A stretch of DNA of 64,000 nucleotides from NCBI GenBank assembly GCA_964016885.1, contig OZ024749.1:35526001-35590000 (forward strand), given 5' to 3'. Under the pieces are notes generated by a model, which was not told where the DNA came from, made no database searches, and saw only the letters and a list, made by a program, of their open reading frames with translations. The translations under genes and the position numbers were made by a program. Source of the DNA: Eledone cirrhosa. Taxonomy: Eukaryota. Shown here piece by piece: positions 42,787-57,829 of the stretch. Within the stretch, counting starts at the first letter, position 1, and every line of letters begins with the position of its first letter.

Positions 42787-42904
42787 GGAAAAAATATGAC
42801 CCCGACGGCAGAGTTCAAGCCGTTTCGAAGATATATATACGCCAGCATGAAGATTGGATGATAAACCATGATATATATCTATATATATATATATATATAT
42901 ATAC

Positions 42905-42939
<35 letters not shown>

Positions 42940-43023
42940 TATATATGATATAATATGATATATATATATATATATGTATATATATTCTATAATATATATA
43001 TATATGATATATATATATATTAT

Positions 43024-43364
43024 GGAGGCACATGGCTTAGTGGTTAGAGCATTGGCCTTGCAATCGAAAGTTTGTGAGTTCAATTCTCAGACCAGGTGAT
43101 GTGTTGTTTCCTTGAGCAAGACACTTTATTTCACATTGCTCCAGTTTACTCAGCTGTAGAAATGAGATGATACGGACTGGGGTCCATATCATACCACTCC
43201 AAAGTGGTCGTGGAGGTGCCACGGCAAAAAAGCACCCAGCATTCACTGTAAATGAGGTTGGTGTTAGGAAGGGCATCCAGCTGTAGAAATCAAGCCAGCA
43301 TCAGTTCCCATCCCACCCTTGCAAGCAGGGAAAAAACGGACGTAAAATGAAATGATGATGATGA
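43024..43364 (+). mobile_element. tRNA-derived CORE-type SINE, full length
   Basis: A-box-like TGGCTTAGTGG, B-box-like GAGTTCAATTCT, CORE-like CCTTGAGCAAGACACTT, tail ending in (TGA)n. Near-identical copies at 54586, 58396 and 62868. Confidence 0.85.
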
Positions 43365-44291
43365 TATATATATATATATATATTCCAACCCTTGTAAGCA
43401 GGGAAAAGCGGACGTAAAATGATGATGATGATGATATAAGATACATATATAATATATATAGCATATATAACATATATATATATATGACAGGTTTTTGCAG
43501 CTAACAAATTTCACTCACATTTATTAATTTACCCAGAGCTATAGTTGAAGAAACATGCTTAAGGTGCTACTCAATAGGAGTGACTTTGTGACCTGCACCC
43601 GTATTTATTCTGTTTGAATGTCAGCAATATTATGAACTGTTTTAAAGCCAAAAGCAGGCATTTATATTATTATTATTACTATTTATGTGTGTGTATGTAT
43701 ATATGTACACACACATATATATAGATTCAAAACAGGGTGTGCACAGGACAAAGACAATGGTAAAAACAACGGGAAGACTGACAGTCCCATCTATTCAGTC
43801 AACCTCTGGAAATCACAATGGTTTCGGTTCATTAAGGTTGATATGATTCATTCCAGTGCACATTGGAACATAACAAAACAGGTAGCGACAAGTTATGCCT
43901 TTAGGCAAATTGCAGAAATATAGAGTGTACAAGGGTTTATCCAAAGGAGAAAAAATATAGAAAGAAAAGAAATAGTAAAACAGAAAAGAATAATAAGGAG
44001 TGTAGTTCAACTTGCAGATAAAGAAATATGAAACTGAGGTGTAGAAAAGGTATGATGGGAGAGTAGAGGAAAACAGGCTGAGCGGTGTGATGTCTATTAC
44101 ACGATAGTTTTAAAAAGCCCCATATTACTAAGTCTTTAGAATATAAATTCAGAATAGGGAGCGCAGAGGACAACACCAATGGAAAAATAACAAAGGAAAG
44201 ACAGATAGTCCCATCACCTCAGGCAACCTCTGGAAATCACTACAGTTTCGATGCATTAAGGTTGATACAATTCATTCCAGTGCACATTGGG

Positions 44292-44340
<49 letters not shown>

Positions 44341-45093
44341 TTTATATGTTTATAATTTTTTAATCTATTTACCTGCTATGATTCATGGGGGTAGGGGGCA
44401 TACACAAATACTCACCTGCCCATCCCCCCCCCCCCCCCCAAAAAAAAAATGACTCGTTATATCAAGTATAAGTTTATATATATTTATATATGGATAATGA
44501 TCACTGGGTGAAGAAGTTCCAAGAGTTCTCAATTGAAGGAAGCTGCAGAAGAGGAAGACCTGGGAAGAAGTAATGACAGCTGCTTTTAAATTGCTGAAGC
44601 TTATAGATGAGATGATGAAGGGACACAACATGCAGAAGAAAGCTATGCTGAAAAGAACTCATCCATCCCAAGCAAATACAGAAAGGACAGACATAAAACA
44701 GTAGACAAGGTCCTGATACCATCTGAAAAATGGCTGTGCTCAAAAGATCACTGAAAACTTCCTTCAACTTTCTAATAAAATCTAGTTTCTCAATCACTTA
44801 CTTCTCTCTGTGATATACTACAAACCTATCTGATATATAATCCTATATAGTTCTGGCTACCAAACCTTGTAATTAAAACCTTTGGCTTATCTTTTTATCT
44901 CCTCACACACCCAGCTCTTGTAAGAATATAATCATCACACCGTATCCACTTGTATGTTCTGGAATATTCCAGCATTAACAGAACAGGCAGTACATTTTAT
45001 TCGTATTTTCAACTTCACACACACACACACACATACACACCTAGCTACTGTAAGAACATAATCACCACACCATTTCCCCCTGTTATAGCCTGG

Positions 45094-45094
<1 letters not shown>

Positions 45095-45125
<31 letters not shown>

Positions 45126-46095
45126 CCACCATCACCATCATCATCAACGCTATCATCATCATCATCATCATCATTATCAATACCATCATTACCACCAATA
45201 TCATTATCATCATTACCAACTCCATCATCATCATCAACACTATCATCATCATCATCATTATCAATACCATCAATACCACCAATATCATTATCATCATTAC
45301 CAACTCCATCATCATCATCACCATCACCATCAACACTATCATCATCATCATCACCATCATCAATACCATCAATACCACCAATATCATTATCATCATTACC
45401 AACTCCATCATCATCATCACCATCACCATCAACACTATCATCATCATCATCACCATCATCAATACCATCAATACCACCAATATCATTATCATCATTACCA
45501 ACACCATCATCATCATCCTCAACACCAGCACCATCAACACCAAAACTATCATTATCGTCATCAATATCATCATCATCATCACGATCATCACCATCAATAT
45601 CATGAAGCAGATGAGCATCATCTTCTTCACTACCAACCAGTGCCATCATCGTCACCTATACCACCACCACCACCACCACCCATCATCGTCACCTATACCA
45701 CCACCACCACCACCACCACCACCCATCAGCATCACCAATACCACCATCATCACCAATACCACCACCACCACCACCACCAATACCACTACCATCATCACCA
45801 ATACTACCACCACCACCATCCTCATCACCACCACCACCTCCACCACCACCACCACCACCATCATCCTCATCACCACCACCACCTCCACCACCACCACCAT
45901 CATCATCACCACCACCATCATCATCACCACCACCACCACCACCACCACCATCATCATCATCACCATCACCACCACCACGACCATCATCATCACCACCACC
46001 ACCATTACCACCACCACCACCACCACCATTACCACCACCACCACCACCACCACCATCATCATCACCACCACCACCACCACCACTACCACCATCAC
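45095..46095. repeat. (CAT)n/(CAC)n compound trinucleotide array (similar tracts at 520-1050, 2620-2935, 26930-27290, 31105-31500)
   Basis: Direct reading. Confidence 0.95.
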
Positions 46096-46443
46096 TTTAC
46101 ATCTGTTTTTTTTTTTCCCCAGAAGCAGCAGTACATATGATTCCTATGTTCATATCCACACACACCCAGCTATAGTAACAATATAATAACCACACTATAT
46201 CCAATGTTATATTCAGGAATATTCTAGGATTAACAGAATAAGCAATATATTTTGTTTATTTGTTCATGTATTGCCATTACAGATTCTTTCTGCAGAATGT
46301 TCTTTTATTTCTTTGTTATCTTTTACTCATATTCCATGTTCTTCTTTCATTCCTCATTATTCCCAGAATAAGTTAAAATATCTTTGGTGCAATCACAATA
46401 ACAGGACAATAAAAAATAAAGTTCCACCTCTACTTTGTACCAA

Positions 46444-46481
<38 letters not shown>

Positions 46482-46560
46482 GCATATAATTTTGCATATA
46501 TGTGTAATGTATGAGTGTATATATTCATGTGTGTGTGTGTGTATATATATATATACATAT

Positions 46561-46625
<65 letters not shown>

Positions 46626-47072
46626 CACACACTCATTGCACATATATGCAAAAGTATATGCATATATATATGTATGTATATATATATATATGTGTGTGTG
46701 TATGTATGTATATATTTTTTCCTCTTCTTAAAGAAATATTATTTGTTAAAATATGCAGTGAATATATTTAAATTGGATTCATTGTGGAGAAAATAAATTC
46801 TATAAAGAAATGGTACTTTGGTAATATTCCTGGAAATTTCAATGACAAAGATAGATTAGTTTAGAATAAATAAAAAGGGTTGTTTGAAAAATACCCTGAA
46901 AAAATTCTCTGAGTAAATACTCTGAGAAGATATCACCAGAAAATTATTTTGAAAACTTGTTTGAAGAATATTTATGAGCAAGCATGGCTGTGTTGTTTGC
47001 TTTAGAACCACATGGTTTGAGGTTCAATCTCATTGCCATTGCATCTTGAACAAGTGTCATTTACTATAACCA

Positions 47073-47388
47073 CAGAGATTCTCAAATTTTTAGGGACCCC
47101 CCCCCCCCTCACAGCCATGCAATACCCTCAGTCCCCCTACCCCTATTTCCAGAGAGACCTGCCTATATGCAAATTGTAAATAATATATAATAAATAATAT
47201 AATATATACTATGTATAAATAAATATATACATTTTTTATTTTACTCTATATAAAAATATGTATCATTTGATATTTAATATACTATTATATCATTTCCACC
47301 CCTTACCCCACCCCTTAGGCTGCAGCGCCACCCTGGACTTTTTCAATGCCCCCCCGGGGAGCAGTAGCACCCACTTTGAGAACCTCTG
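47073..47388. mobile_element. hAT-like MITE next to or within a SINE
   Basis: TIRs CAGAGATTCTCAAA and TTTGAGAACCTCTG. No clear TSD. Confidence 0.65.
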
Positions 47389-47399
47389 TCCTAGTCAAA

Positions 47400-47770
47400 T
47401 GTCATTTGTTGACATCTTAGACAGGTTGACATCTTAGACAAGTGTCATCTCTATAGCCACAAGTTGACATCTTAGACATGTCATCTGCTAGAGAGACAGG
47501 ATGACATCTTGGACGAGTGTCATCCCTTTAGCCACAAGTTGACATCTTAGACATGTCATCTGCTAGAGAGATAGGATGACATCTTGGACAAGTGTCATCC
47601 CTTTAGCCACAAGTTGACATCTTAGACATGTCATCTGCTAGAGAGATAGGATGACACCTTGGACAAGTGTCATCCCTTTAGCCAAAGGTTGATATCTTAG
47701 ATAAATGTCTTCTACTATAGCCATGGGTCAACATCTTAGACATGTCATCTGCTATAGACATGGGTTGACC
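47400..47770. repeat. ~32-bp tandem array derived from the SINE CORE segment
   Basis: gttgacatcttagacaagtgtcatct...tagcc units resemble catcttgaacaagtgtcatttactataacc at 47042. Confidence 0.75.
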
Positions 47771-48116
47771 TATGCCTTGTCAGAGAAATCTTCTGGATAG
47801 AAACTGCTTCGGAGAGAATACTTTCTGGTATATGTTCCAACTCAATGCACTACAAGTTCAAATTCCACTTGAGGTGAGGCCAACTGTCTTTCATTCTTTC
47901 AGGGATGGGAAGCAGATCAATAAATAAAATACCAGTCCTATACTGGTGTAAATCTTTCTCATCTCTCTTCCCTCTCCTTGGAATCAAACATGGAGAGGAA
48001 TAGGCAAGACAGGGAAACTAACCCATCTGTTCCCGTTTAGACAAAATTTTCCAAGACCTGAACATCACCAAAACCACTATCAGTTTCCAGCATTATCATA
48101 TTTACCATCACAAGGG

Positions 48117-48303
48117 TGGTGGATTGGCAGTATCGGTAGAGGGTTGGAAGCCATGCTTTCTAGCATAATTACGTCCCTTTACGGTCTGAGTTCAAATCCT
48201 GTCGAGGTTAACTTTGCCTTTCATCCTTACGGGGTCGATAAAATAAAGTACCAGTAATGTACTGGGTAATTGCTGGCCTTGTGCCAAAAGTAGAAACAAT
48301 TAT
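48117..48303 (+). mobile_element. Meta-type SINE (5'-truncated copy also at 49067-49177)
   Basis: Same family consensus. Confidence 0.8.
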
Positions 48304-51300
48304 CATATTTACCACCAACATAAACCATTATCATCCTCATCACTACTGTTATTATCTTCATTATCACCATCACCATCATCATCACTCCACTACTACCATC
48401 ACCACCACTGTCATTATCATCCTCACCATGACTATAATCATCACCACCACAAAGCCGACTACCACCACCAACACCACTGCCACCATTATCATATCATCAT
48501 TTAAACATGTTAAAGCCAGAATCAAAAGTAATAGCGATATATATATATATATATATATATACATACACACACACACATATATATAATTCCGATGTTGATG
48601 GAACTGATGTTATTCCACTGCACCCATATTTAGTCCTCTGAGACAAGCATTAAACATTTACATTACAGGAATCAGTGAATCAAAAGTGCTTGATCAAAGA
48701 TTTCTCTTCCACTTGGTTGATATGCTATTAGACATTAAGCAAAATCAATATATCAACTTTGATTTTGATAAACCACAACACCAGAGAAAATTACTTGAAT
48801 TATTTATGGAAAAAAAAAATGTATATTTTGGTCAAACCAGAAGGTTCTAATGGCATTCTCTGTAATTGGTAGGGATAGAAACCTGCTTAGAATCAATGTT
48901 TCTGATTTTAGAAGGAATATTTCCTGCAAATGATTTGGATTTGTGTATTAAGAAGCTTCTGAATTATTCTAGAATTAAAGTATTTCTTTCGAAATAGCTC
49001 TGCAAAATTACCTATATCAAAGTATATTTGTCAAAGTTTGCCTGTCGTTATATTTGTCAAGGTATTAGTTCAAATCCCACCGAGGTTAACTTTGCCTTTC
49101 ATCCTTACGGGGTCAATAAAATAAAGTACCAGTAATGTACTGGGTAATTGCTGGCCTTGTGCCAAAAGTAGAAACAGTTATATTTGTCAAGGTATTTCTG
49201 TCAAACTATCTCTATGTTACTATCTCTGACAAGCTATCTCTCTTAAAATATTTGATTAAATATATCAAACTATCTTTATGGTACTATCTCTGTCAAACTT
49301 TCACTGTCAAACTAACTCTGGTGACAGAGATACCTTGACAGAGAATCTCTGTCAATATAGATCTGTCAATCTATTTATGTTAAGCTCTTTCTTTTGGAGT
49401 TTTCTGTATAGTATTTCCATTTTAGTATCGCTTTTGCAGCATATCTGTATCAAAATATCTCTGAGTGTGTGTCAAATTATTTATGTTAAATCATATCTTA
49501 AGTGTCATGGTGTATGTCTACCTATCCTGGATGAATGATTCCCATCACATACCCAATTAATTGAACTAAGTTGAAAAAGACATTTCTAATGATCACGATG
49601 GTTGATGGAACAGATGATGTTAAAAACAAAAACATTCTCCTTCAACAAACCACATCAGAGAAAACAGGTTAATACAACAACAATAACAACAGCAGCAATC
49701 ACTGCAGACAGGTTGATACAACACCCCCTCCACCATTAACAATATTACCCTAAAAAATCCACACAAACTACAGGACCCTGTCAGATCTCAGGATATTGTT
49801 ATCCATTATACAGTACAAAAGATATCAGTGAAAAAGGACTGGTCCTTTTACACCCATACAATCTATTGTCTGCTCTCTATACCTGACCACATGCCAAGAC
49901 CTTTACATTGAATAGAAACTTTTTACATTTGGCTCTTAATATATATAGAGCTTTCTCCAAACACTTTTAAAAATTTATTCACATTTTTCTTTTCTTTTTC
50001 TCTTTCTTTTTTTGTCACTTTTATATATTCCTTCTGTATCATACTACAATTCATTAGCGTTACTGTCTCCTTGTCTACATAGGAATAAACTTATAGAAGC
50101 TCCAATTAGAAAGGGTCATTTTATTTCAGACATTCAAGAGCAAAGTACACAAACACCTTGTCGCTATCACCTTCATTGATGCCAATGACCCACTAACTGA
50201 CCATCTTGACCTCTTGGTTTGTGATGAAATTTTTTTCTTCTAACAAGATGTTATTGATAATGAACAAATGAAATAACATATATAACACCTGTCTTAATTG
50301 TAAGCTTATCTCTAATTTATTTGCCATCAGTAAAATGTTTCTGTGATGTTGAGATGCTGAAGTAAATATTAAAACTTTTAATGATCTGCATGTTAATTAT
50401 GAATACACCACAACACTAAAACTTTCCAAATAACTTCCCAGTCTCCATCGGAACTAACCGTGCAGTTATTATTTGATTTACTAATCACTCTGCCTTTTCA
50501 TAATTTCAGTCATGCCAGTGTATTGATTGATTCTTGTAGCAAAATATAGGTGAAGGTGAAGGATATATTTCTTTAGCATTTACATTATTCTATATATACT
50601 ATTATATTTTTGTGGTAAAGGCTTATTATATCGAATCTATGAGATTTTGATATTATTTCTTTTGAGAAAAATACCTTAATATAAGTATGAGCAGCTGGTT
50701 ACAGCTGATTTAAGCAGAAACAGGTGAAAGAATTCTAGTCAGAAACAGCTGGTTTAAATATTAAAAGGTTAATCATAAAGTCATGAGTTTGATTTCCAGA
50801 CTGAGTTTCTTTCAGCAAGCCTTTGGTCATGATACTGCATTGTTTAGTCATTTTAATGATAGTTTCTGATTTGTGCACAAGGCCAACAATTTGGGAGAAG
50901 GGGAAAGTCGATTAAATCGACCCCAGAACTTTATTTTATCAAACCCTGTAAGGATGAAAGGCAAAGCTAACCTCGACGGGATTTGAACTCAGAATGTAAG
51001 GGACCATAACTCTATGCTACAAAGCATAGATACTGCTAATCCACTGTTATTGTAATAATACTGGTGAAGATGTGTGGCTGAGTGGTTAAAATGTTCAGCT
51101 CTTGATCATAAGTTTGATTCCTAGTAGCACATTGTATCTTTATTTCACATTGTTCCAGTCCACACTACTAAAAGAAAACTGAGTTGTACCCGTAATTCAT
51201 TATATAAATTAGTAATTGTAGTAATATTAGTGAAGGTGCATGGCTTAGTGGTTAAAGTGTTAAGCTTTCAATCATATGGTCATGAAATCAAATCCCAAAT

Positions 51301-52464
51301 CAAGTGATGCTTTGTGTCCTTGAGCAAGCCACTTAATTTCACATTGTTCCAGGCCACACAGCTGGAAGAAATGAGTTGTACCTGTAATTCAAAAAGCCAA
51401 CCTTGTTTCACACTGTGTCATGCTGAATCTCCCTGGACCCTACGTTATGTGTGTACATGTTTGTGGAATGCTCAGCCCAAGTGTTGGCATCATGATAAAT
51501 TCACCTAGTACACTCTATAAAGTGGTTGGTGTCAGGAAGGGCATCCAGCCATAGAAACCATGCAAAACTAAAATATGCAAGCTAGATATGGTCTTCCAAC
51601 ATGATTTGTCTATTCTCAGGTCATCCTGTCATAGAAAACTATATAAACAAATAATCAAGAGGACTCTTTAGTCAATATCAAATACACAACAACCTCCCTA
51701 GTTCTGGTGCCATGATAAAACACACCCAGTAAAATGCTGAAATGTATGTAAATGAAATACAGCCCCTGCCCATCTGAGAGAGCAGTAGCACCAATTAAGT
51801 ACTGGTTTTGTCTGTGATGATCTGTCCAACTTTTGCTAGCATGGAATATGGTTATTACATAATGATGACTTCATTAGTAAGATATTAAAGTATGGTTCAT
51901 ATACATAATTGTACTGAAGATTTTAATTTAAATGGCTACCCTTTAAAATGAGTGGTTTTGTTTTATAGAACTAGAGCCAGTTTTGGTTGTGTTGGTATGA
52001 AGAGTGTTTGAAAAATTTTGATGGTTTTCCTAAAATTATCGATCAGTTCAAGGCTAGAATATTAACTTAACATATGGTCCGCGTTTAAAATCATGTTGGA
52101 AGATTTAATTTAAATGGCAACCCTTTAAAGTGGAAGATTTTCATAGAACTAGAGCCTCTTTTGATCATGTTGGTATGAAAAGAGTTTGAAGAATTTTGAT
52201 AGATTTCCTAAAATGATCAATCTGATCAGGACTAGAATATTAACTTAACATATGGTTCTCATTTAAAATTACATTGGAAAATTTTAATTTAAAAAAGAGG
52301 GCTTTAAAATGGGTAAATTTGTTTCATTGAACCAGAGACATGTTTGACTGGATTGGTATCAAAAGAGTTATTAAAGATATTTTTGGAGCCTCTAAGCCTG
52401 GTAAAATTCTTTGTGTTATTTTTGGTTACATGAGTGAATTAAGCTAGAATTCATTTAGATTCTC

Positions 52465-52630
52465 TGCGTAGTTGCGATGGTCACGTGACTAAGATTTGTT
52501 TCCATTGTTGAGATTAAAGCAAGAATTTCTAAATTCTAAACAATCCTTGTTCATAGTTTAATTGGATCTCCGTGGAATATGTCGTGATTTGTTATTCTTG
52601 ACAGACTTCATCAGATTAAGTCGCAGTAAA
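52465..52630. promoter_or_regulatory. Candidate promoter-like patch with palindromic E-box GTCACGTGAC
   Basis: GTCACGTGAC at 52480-52489 in a locally CpG-retaining, non-repetitive patch upstream of the bves coding exons. Confidence 0.3.
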
Positions 52631-54481
52631 TTATGTTTTCTTCTTCTTCTTCTTCTTCTTCTTCTTCTTCTTCTTCTTCTTCTTCTTCTTCTTCGACTTT
52701 GTCTCCTTCTTTTTCTTCATCATTTTTTTCTCTGTTATATTCTGTGCTCTATTAAATATCAGTGAAAGTGCATGGTCTAGTGGTTAGGGTGTTGGACTCA
52801 TGATCATAAGGTCATTGATTTGCTCCCTAAGCTATGTGTGTGTGTTATGTTCTTGAGCAAGAACATTCATTTCACATGATTATTCGTGACAGGTCTGGGG
52901 CTCCAATTATTAAAACACAGCTTCTTAGGTGGCTAGCTAAACCTGCAGAGGCATGAGTTGCAACAACAATAACAACAACATAATATGACTAGGGTTCCTA
53001 TCATTAAAACTCAAGAAACCTCCTATAAGATACAACCTCATATGTGGCCAGCTAAATATACATTGATGTGAGCTGTAAATTTCATTTTCTTTTCTGTTAA
53101 ATATCACTCTGTAATTATCAGTTCATGCATGTACATTTGAAGTTTAGTGGTTAGGATGTAGGGCTCATGATAGTAAGGTTATGAGTTCAATTCTTGGACT
53201 GGATAGTGTATTGTATTCTTAAGCAAGACACTTTATTTCATGTTGGTCCATCTGGTGTAAAAAATTAGTTGTGATGACACTACTCCCAAGCTATATCAGC
53301 CATTGCTTATCCGTTAGATAACATATATAGTGTATATATCAACAGTCGATCAACTTTTGTCAAATCGGACCAAGGAAACAATGTTTCCATTGGTCTTTCC
53401 AATTCCTAATTCTCTCTATCAGTCGCAATTCCAGGTAGAAGGAGCAATGTGAAGTAATGTGTCTTGCTCAAGGACATAGCGCATCGTCCGGTCTAGGAAT
53501 CGAACTCACAACCTCCCGATTGCGAGTCCAATTCTCTTACCACTCAGCCACGCGCCTTCACACAGTGTGTGTGTGTATATATATATATATGAGTTACAAA
53601 GACAGTGATGCCAAACTATATTAGCTTTTGTCTTTCCCTCGGACAACATCTTATATGATATATATAGTGTGTATAGTATCATCATCAGTATAGCGTGTAT
53701 ATAGATTGTATGTATGCATTATAACAAGACTGGTGCCAAGCTGTATTGACCTTTACCTTACAGTGCAGCACCTTGGGCAAATGTCTTCTACTAACTCAGA
53801 CTAACTAATACTTTAGTGGAAAATTTGGAAGTCAGAAATGTAGGAGTCATGACAAAAAGTACCAAGCACATAGTGTAAATGTGGTTGGCATTAGGAAGGT
53901 GATCCAGCCATAGAAATTGAACTAGAAACAGTCCTATATGAGCAAGACACGGTCACCTGAGCCAACTTGCCTCTAATGGGACAGCCCGTGTAACCCATGC
54001 TAGTGTGGAAAATGGACATTAAACAATGATGATGAGAACCTGATATATACACAACCACTCTATTGTATTCCTCACTTCAAAAGACATTAGGCATAATTTG
54101 AGTCAGATTTGGCTGCTATATCTAGCTAGTCAAGCGACCACATATAGTCCATCTAGTGTTCCAGGGTCCTCAAAACTGTCCAGTTTATTGAACTTTGAAC
54201 TATTACAAGAATCTATAAATACAATTATTGATTCCTTTGTTTAGGATTTACTTTCATCAAGGAAAAATTTGTGGCCATATTATATATTCTTAAATACTTT
54301 ATCTTTTGAAATAGATATTTCAATAGATCCATTCTTTCAGTATTGGACCAAGTAGAGCTGTCTTATGGTTGACTGGACAAATCCAGAGATCTGACCAATT
54401 AAGTTTTATAGTGATCCAAACTTTGATAAACCTGATCCAGAGAAATTTACAGACATAAAATCTGAATATTGAAATAAAGAC

Positions 54482-54515
<34 letters not shown>

Positions 54516-54585
54516 GACAGACAGTTTGAATATACAGATGAAGATTAGATATATAAAGATATATCCAAATATAATAGATGACTAT

Positions 54586-54927
54586 ACATGGCTTAGTGGT
54601 TAGAGCATTGGCCTTGCAATCGAAAGGTTGTGAGTTCAATTCTCAGACCGGGTGATGTGTTGTTTCCTTGAGCAAGACACTTTATTTCACATTGGTCCAG
54701 TTTACTCAGCTGTAGAAATGAGATGATAGGGACTGGGGTCCCTATCATTCCACTGCAAAGTGGTCGTGGAGGTTCCACGGCAAAAAAAGCACCCAGCACT
54801 CACTGTAAATGAGGTTGGTGTTAGGAAGGGCATCCAGCTGTAGAAATCAAGCCAGAATCAGTTCCCGGCCCACCCTTGCAAGCAGGGAAAAGCAGACGTA
54901 AAATGAAATGATGATGAATGATGATGA
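54586..54927 (+). mobile_element. tRNA-derived CORE-type SINE
   Basis: High identity to 43024-43364. Confidence 0.85.
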
Positions 54928-55005
54928 TATATATATATATATATGTATGTATATATATATTTAATCTCACTTGTATATATATATACATATATATATATAT
55001 ATACA

Positions 55006-55310
55006 TATCATCATCATCATCATCCTCATCATTTTACGTCCACTTTTCCCTGCTTGCAAGGGTGGGACGGTCCTATTCAGCATCTCTCCACTTGTCACGG
55101 TCCTTTGTCATCTCCTCCGTGAGCTTCAGCGATCTGAAGTCTGCTTTCACCACCACCGCCCATGTTTTTTGTGGTCTTTCTCTACTGCATCTTCCTTCTA
55201 CTGGGATTTTTTGGCACTTCTTTATCCAGCGGTCATCCTCCATGCGCATCATCACATGTCCATACCATTTCATTCTTCTCTCCCGCTCACCACAACTTAT
55301 CCCTCTTATA
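55006..55310 (-). mobile_element. RTE-clade LINE 3' end
   Basis: KWYGHVMMRMEDDRWIKKCQKIPVEGRCSRERPQKTW followed by the same CCCACCCTTGCAAGCAGGGAAAA...(TGA)n tail as the CORE-type SINE, indicating a LINE-SINE partnership. Confidence 0.85.
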
Positions 55311-55363
55311 CAGTTTCTCTCTCAACTCATATATCTATATCTATATATATATCTATCTATCTA

Positions 55364-55423
<60 letters not shown>

Positions 55424-55744
55424 TGAGATTAAATATATATAAAAGTAGTGGTGACTAAATATTGAGATGAGACATTAAATACACAGTCTTTTTCAGATGA
55501 GGACTAGATAGATATAATCACAGACTCCATCACAGTTGCAATCAACATCGTCCTTATTTTTTATATTTGCTGTCCCTGCTGGTATGGGTTGGATGGGTTA
55601 TTAAACTCCAAGTTAGTTTTGGCCCTTTTAGAAATTTGGTGACAATATAAGTTATTTGTCACCAGATTTCTAATGAAAGACATTGCCTGTGATTTTCAAA
55701 TAATATTGAAAATAATCAAGAATTTTGAGGGAATCAGTAATAGA

Positions 55745-56150
55745 TAGGAACCTCAAGTTGTGATGGTGAAAAGACAGAAACCTGTCTGGTATGGTCACAT
55801 CTACCACAATCTCCCTGTCGAAAACTATCCTTCATGACACAGTTTAGGGAGGGCAAAGAAAAGGCTGACAAAGAAAATTCTATTCTAACAATATCAAAAA
55901 CTGGATGGGTCAAAAAACCAAAACTTCCTGTCTAAAACTATCCTTCAGGACACATGACAGTGACAAATAACATCAATGGATAGGTCACATGGCCACATCT
56001 CCCTGTCTAAAACTATCCTTCAGGACACAGTTGAGGCTGACAAAGAAAATCCTAGCCTGATAACATCAATGGATTGGTCATATGACCACAACCCTTCTAT
56101 ACATAACAGAGAATAGAAACAAGTAGCGACAGCTGATTGCACAAATGTCT
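55745..56150 (+). mobile_element. Degenerate RTE-type LINE 3' fragment with internal duplications
   Basis: KRQK..WYGH.....SKTILQDTVE-like segments occur three times. Confidence 0.6.
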
Positions 56151-57616
56151 AGTATGAAATTTCAATGACTTGTTGAACTTGCTGATGGATGAGTAACAAT
56201 AATTAATTTTCTCATTATACGCATTTATTATCTTATTTCTAACGACAGATACTGATTAGGATTTTAAACTCATATTTAAAATAATCAAGAATTTGAAGGG
56301 ATTTAGTCAAATACCTAATTTTCTTATTATAAAGCTGGTCTTTGAAACATAACAAGGGTTCTTAAATAAAATGATGGTGGAAGATTTTTAGATAGATATA
56401 AAACACTTTAATCCTTTAGTCTTTAAACCAGCCATATCCGGCCAGAATTCTCTCACCTCTTTCTGTTCAAACCGGCCATAACTGGCCACTTATGCTTATG
56501 TTAAAGTATTGTTCTCAAAGTGAATAATATCGAAATCTCACAGATTCAATATTATGTAAGATAATTATGTGAGGTGAAGCCTTTACTGTGAAAATATAAT
56601 GGTATATATAGAGTAATGTAAATGCATAAGGGTTAAAATAAATAAAAAGTACTGAGTTGTCAGAGGCTGAGTGATTTCAGGTGGTTTAGTAATAGTTTTT
56701 GTGTTATAGGAGATAGGATGATTCCAAGCAATTCAGTAAGAAAAAGGCTAATATTTGATTCCTTTGTAATTTTAAAATGTCAACTACAAACCATGTGATC
56801 ATGTGATGCCATAAATTGTCACAACTTCTCACTTTCCTCCATACACTTCTATATTTATATTTATGAAAGGAATCACAAACATACATACACATGAACACAC
56901 ACCCATACACATATATAAAAGTATGCATATATGTATTTATGAAAACGTGTGTGTATATATATATATATATGTTTGCATTTAGAAGTGTATGTATATATAT
57001 GTGTTTGTGTGTGTAGGTATGCATAAAGTACTAAGTGTACATATGTATGTAATTATATATATCAACAAAGAAATAGAAGACATATTTACCAAAATATTCT
57101 AAGTCTAAAAGCATCGATGATTATACAAAACAAAAGAAAAAGTAAAGAAATAAAATGAAGTAAAAAAAGAAAAACGTTTCCATAGAAATAGTTTAGTCTC
57201 CATGGAGATAAAATTCCAAGATTTATCTTTCCAATTTCTGATCATGTTGTATTGGCTTCCTTTTTAATTATATCATGAAATAACATCATAATGTCTAAAT
57301 CAAAATCTAGAAGCTTCCATTAGTCTGAAGTAAATTAAGGAAGAAATGGACATTTTTGCAAGTTTTGATGGCAATTTTGGATTACTAGAGTACCCGAGTA
57401 TATTTCTTAAACCTTTCATTATCCTATATTTCTAAAAAAAGACACTGCCAATATTTTTCAAATAATTTTGAATAAAGTCAGTGGCGTATTGCTGAGTTCA
57501 TTCCACTATACATATACATACACATACACACACATACACACATACATACATATAAACAAATATATATATATATATACGATATTAACAAATGGAAACTATA
57601 TTTATAAAACCATATT

Positions 57617-57681
57617 TATTTCATTATACATATTTCAAGGATACCAAGTCAAACTATGGTATGCCTTCATCAGACAAAATA
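57617..57681 (-). ncRNA. Type I hammerhead ribozyme motif, family A (left arm)
   Basis: Reverse complement of 57830-57894. Confidence 0.78.
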
Positions 57682-57829
57682 CAATATATACCAGTTTTAT
57701 AAATAAACATTGACGTACCCTTTCAAAATGCAACCGTTACTTTTGGAAAACATCAGGATGTCTTCCAAAAGTAACGGTTGCATTTTGAAAGGGTACGTCA
57801 ATGTTTATTTATAAAACTGGTATATATTG

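Noticed and set aside
43024-43100. tRNA gene
   Set aside because: The A and B boxes belong to a SINE head that continues into the CORE and tail. No complete cloverleaf.
44935-46186. His-rich, Asp-rich and Thr-rich ORFs
   Set aside because: (CAT)/(CAC) arrays open in all frames, with no splice or domain evidence.
52575-52615. CTGATGA on the minus strand (and at 18612 on plus) as hammerhead cores
   Set aside because: No properly placed stem II-GAAA-stem III follows.
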